From: Micromonas sp.
Taxonomy: Eukaryota
Assembly: GCA_000090985.2 (NCBI GenBank)
Contig: CP001330.1
Coordinates: 974,335-1,006,334, forward strand
Reading direction: 5' to 3'
DNA length: 32,000 nt
In this document: piece after piece, positions 29,584 through 32,000 of the stretch
Numbering within the stretch: position 1 is the stretch's first letter
Layout of the letters: each line of letters starts with the position of its first letter
Program-made: the position numbers and the translations under genes
Notes under the pieces: generated by a model
What the model was told of the DNA's origin: nothing
The model's database searches: none
The model's input: only the letters and a program-made list of their open reading frames with translations

Positions 29584-32000
29584 TCATCCGATATTATCCC
29601 CCGGCGACTCACTCGACTCTTCTCGGATTTGATCGACGGAGGTATCCGCCCAAGCCGCGGCGTCGGCGGCGTCGTCCTTGGCCTCGCTGACGTCGCTGAG
29701 CCATCCGTCCGCGTCGTCGGCGGCGGGAGTTGGCGCGGTCGTCGGCGCGAGGGGGGACCCGGGGGACGAGTCCGGGGGCTCCGGGGCGGTCGGCGGCGGC
29801 GCGCCCGGCCCGTCGACATTCGCCTCAGCGTCGTCATCGGCATTCGCCTCCGCGGCGTCGTCAATGATCGCCTCCGCGGCGACGTCAACGTTCGTCTCGG
29901 CGTCCTCGTCAACGTTCGTCTCAGCGTCCTCCTCTTCCTTCTCCTCCACCTCTTCCTCCACCTCTTCCTTCTTCTCCACCTCTTCCTCCACCTCTTCCTT
30001 CTCCTCCACCTCTTCCTTCTTCTCCTTCTCCTCCTTCTTCTCCTCGTCCTTCTCCTCGTCCTCGTCCACCGCCGCCGCGGCTCCGGACGTTCTCGGCGGG
30101 CTCACAGGCACGGCCGGCGCGATACCCCCGAAGGACGCGTCGACGCCCGCCTCCGCCGCAGCCGCAGCCATCGCATCACCGACGGCGCCCTCGTTGAAAA
30201 AAAGCTTCGGTCGCGTCAACTTCGTAAACGCGTCGCGAGCGTTCGAAGCCTCGGCGAAGACGTCGAGAAGCGCGCCCCGGAGGCGATTCGAACCCGCGAC
30301 GCCCGAACCGTCCGTACCGTCCGCACCGTCCGTACCAACACCGTCCGTACCAGTACCCGGTTCGCCCGAACGAACGAAAGCCTCTGGCGCGATTCGCTCA
30401 GCTTCCCATCGCAGCGCCGCGCCCGCGGCGAGCACCGCGTTCATGCCCTCCTCCGCCTCGAGGTACTTCCGTTCGATCGCGGCGCACCCCGCGGCGAGGT
30501 CTTCGTCCACGTCCGCGCCCAAACCGAGCGCGTTCGCCGCGGTACGCTTCTCCCGACGCTCGCTCAACTCGTCGGCGCAAAACCTCAACCTGTAAATAAA
30601 CAAGAAAAACCACGTCATTCTAATTGCCCATACCTGGTAATACGAAGGTGCAAAGATTAAAATAAACTCACCTGTCCAGGCACAGCCGCGCCGCCCCCGC
30701 CTGCCCGCGCGCGTGCGCCGCGACTGACGCGACGTACGCCCCCCGGGCGCGCGCCTCGTCGATCTTCGCGTCGGACGCGAGCGTTTTTAAAGCGTTTTTT
30801 CGGTGCTCGGCGACGGCGCCGACGCACACGGCGACGGCTTCAACGGCCAAAGATTCCGCTGCGTACTCGCGCACGCGTCGGTCCAGTTCGCTCACCTTTG
30901 ACTGTAACGCGTCGCGAACCGCGCCGTGCGCCTCCTCAAACTCCAAACGCTCCTCCGCGGCGAGTTTGGCGCGAGCCGCGGCGTCCGTCGCCTTTCGCTC
31001 CGTCCGCGCGAGTTCGTCTCTGAGCTCGGCGACGCGCGTGGCTAGGCGATCGGATTCTGTTTTTACCGCTTCCTCGGCGGCGGCGAGCTCGGAGGATTTC
31101 CTGTCGCGAAACGATTGCGCGTCGAGTAACTGCGCGCGCGACTCGAGGCGCAGGGCGTCGGCGTCGGCGCCCGCGCGCGTCAGCGTCTCCGCCGCGGCTC
31201 GGAGCGTCCCGAGCGCCTCGGCGGTTGCGTTCGATCGACCGGGTCCCGAGCCGGAGCCCGACCCGGAGACGGACCCGGAGAGCTCCGCGTCGAGTCGGAC
31301 GCGGCGCGCGTGCGCGGACTCGTGCGCCGTTCGCGCGACGTCCACCGCGCGACGCGTCGCCGCGGCGAGCTCGGGCGCGGCGAAACCGCCACCCTCGGAT
31401 CGTTCGGATCGTTCCCGCTGACGCTCCATTACTTCTGGAGATTCTTCTTCGCGCGAGCCGCGATCCTTCGAAGAGCTCCGCCCGCTCCTCCTCTCGTCTT
31501 CTTCGTCCTGGCCAGCCGCGAGGTCCGCCAGCGCGGCGGCGAGGTCCGCGCCCCCCGCGCCCAGCGCACCGCCCCTCGCCGCCCTCGCGATGGACGCGAG
31601 CTCGCGTCGTAGCCTCCGTTCGCGGTTGGCGAGCGCCTCGACGCCGCCAATCTTCTTCGCCGATTTAATCGCCGCGGCTAACACGGCTCGGAGCTCTGCG
31701 GCGCCGAGCTGAACCTCCGCGTCGCCCTGCGACCTGATGGCGTCCGTCGCGGCGGCGAGCGACGCCACCAACGACGACGCCGCGACTCCGACGGCACCCT
31801 CGGCACCCTCGACGGCACCCTCGCCCTGGACGCCCCGGACGTCGAACATGAGCGCGTCGCGAAGGAGCTCGACGAGGAGGCTCGTCTCCACGTCGCCGCT
31901 CGACGGCGCGTCGACATACGACAGCACGAGCGCCTCGAGCGCCCCGGACTTCAACACGACGTCGCGAAACGTGAGCACGGCACCCTCGACGGCACCCTCG
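29584..32000 (-). CDS. Coiled-coil protein with a highly acidic repetitive C-terminus (5' partial, continues past the right edge)
   Basis: Model is complement(join(29584..30589,30672..>32000)). Track ORFs 30668..31978 and 29584..30618 are joined by an 82-nt intron, giving ..GQAGAARLCLD-R-LRFCADELSERREKR... The frame stays open to base 32000; the track 'M' at 31978 is a GTG codon. The protein has long heptad-like Ala/Glu/Arg/Leu segments (RLATRVAELRDELARTERKATDAAARAKLAAEERLEFEEA). The C-terminal part has EEKEEVEEEV and DAETNVD repeats. No named family was recognised. Confidence 0.65.
29884..29931 (-). repeat. 24-bp tandem repeat x2 (encodes EDAETNVD)
   Basis: Plus strand reads GTCAACGTTCGTCTCGGCGTCCTC followed by GTCAACGTTCGTCTCAGCGTCCTC. 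Confidence 0.9.
29927..30066. repeat. About 140-bp polypyrimidine/polypurine tract with 30-bp periodicity
   Basis: The plus strand is almost only C/T, with a periodic single A in CCACC at 29946, 29958, 29976, 29988 and 30006. The unit is CCACCTCTTCCT+CCACCTCTTCCTTCT(T/C)CT. It encodes the (E/K/V)-rich acidic block on the minus strand. Confidence 0.85.
30590..30671 (-). other. AT-rich 82-nt intron of the coiled-coil gene
   Basis: Donor is GACAG|GTGAGTTTATTTT (GT at 30671-30670, phase 2). Acceptor is TTGTTTATTTACAG| (AG at 30591-30590). AATGAC branch-like motif lies about 30 nt upstream of the acceptor. The apparent stop TGA at 30668 lies inside the donor GTGAGT. Confidence 0.8.

Noticed and set aside
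169-30671. Introner elements (repeated transposon-like introns reported for some Micromonas genomes)
   Set aside because: Pairwise comparison by eye of the eight predicted introns found no shared internal sequence, terminal inverted repeats or uniform length. Only the donor octamer GTGCGCGC is shared by two or three of them. A genome-wide clustering could still overturn this.
1-32000. Reading the window as a prokaryotic accessory island (operons, defence or toxin systems, RBS-linked ORFs)
   Set aside because: Several genes only make sense after GT..AG splicing. A tRNA has a canonical eukaryotic 37/38 intron and pol III oligo-T terminators. The products are eukaryote-specific (USE1 SNARE, RAD1, MSH5, NT-C2, LMBR1-like). 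Genes alternate strands singly rather than forming operons.

Overview
This window is GC-rich (about two-thirds G+C by eye), very gene-dense eukaryotic nuclear DNA, not a prokaryotic locus. I see 14 protein-coding genes on alternating strands. They have short spliceosomal introns (GT..AG with CTGAC/CTCAC-type branch sites), and intergenic spacers are only about 56-500 bp. There are also two pol III tRNA genes with oligo-T terminators.

Recognisable products:
- HMA1-like P1B heavy-metal ATPase (runs off the left edge)
- USE1 SNARE
- LMBR1-like membrane protein
- secreted beta-helix protein
- plant-type NT-C2 protein
- SurE nucleotidase
- mitochondrial-type KAS
- RAD1
- MSH5
- large repeat-built surface protein (BspA/DUF285-type LRR plus a 7-blade repeat)
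- AMP deaminase
- 800-aa orphan protein
- HAD phosphatase
- acidic coiled-coil protein (runs off the right edge)

The composition and gene set fit a prasinophyte green alga of the Micromonas/Mamiellales type. That is inference only, since no search was possible. I found no CRISPR array, transposon, operon or defence island.

Observations most worth a second look:
- a candidate intronic box C/D snoRNA whose guide matches a universally conserved LSU rRNA segment
- an intron-containing tRNA-Cys sitting in the KAS promoter
- an AT-rich island with 19-bp tandem repeats beside tRNA-Thr
- the concertedly evolving surface-protein gene
- a head-to-head RAD1-MSH5 pair
- a palindromic 15-nt in-frame repeat whose 19-nt core is shared by MSH5 and AMP deaminase
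- first exons that the ORF track hides

Many long ORFs in the track are antisense artefacts of the GC bias. All calls rest on motif recognition and hand translation. Coordinates of splice sites are hand-derived.
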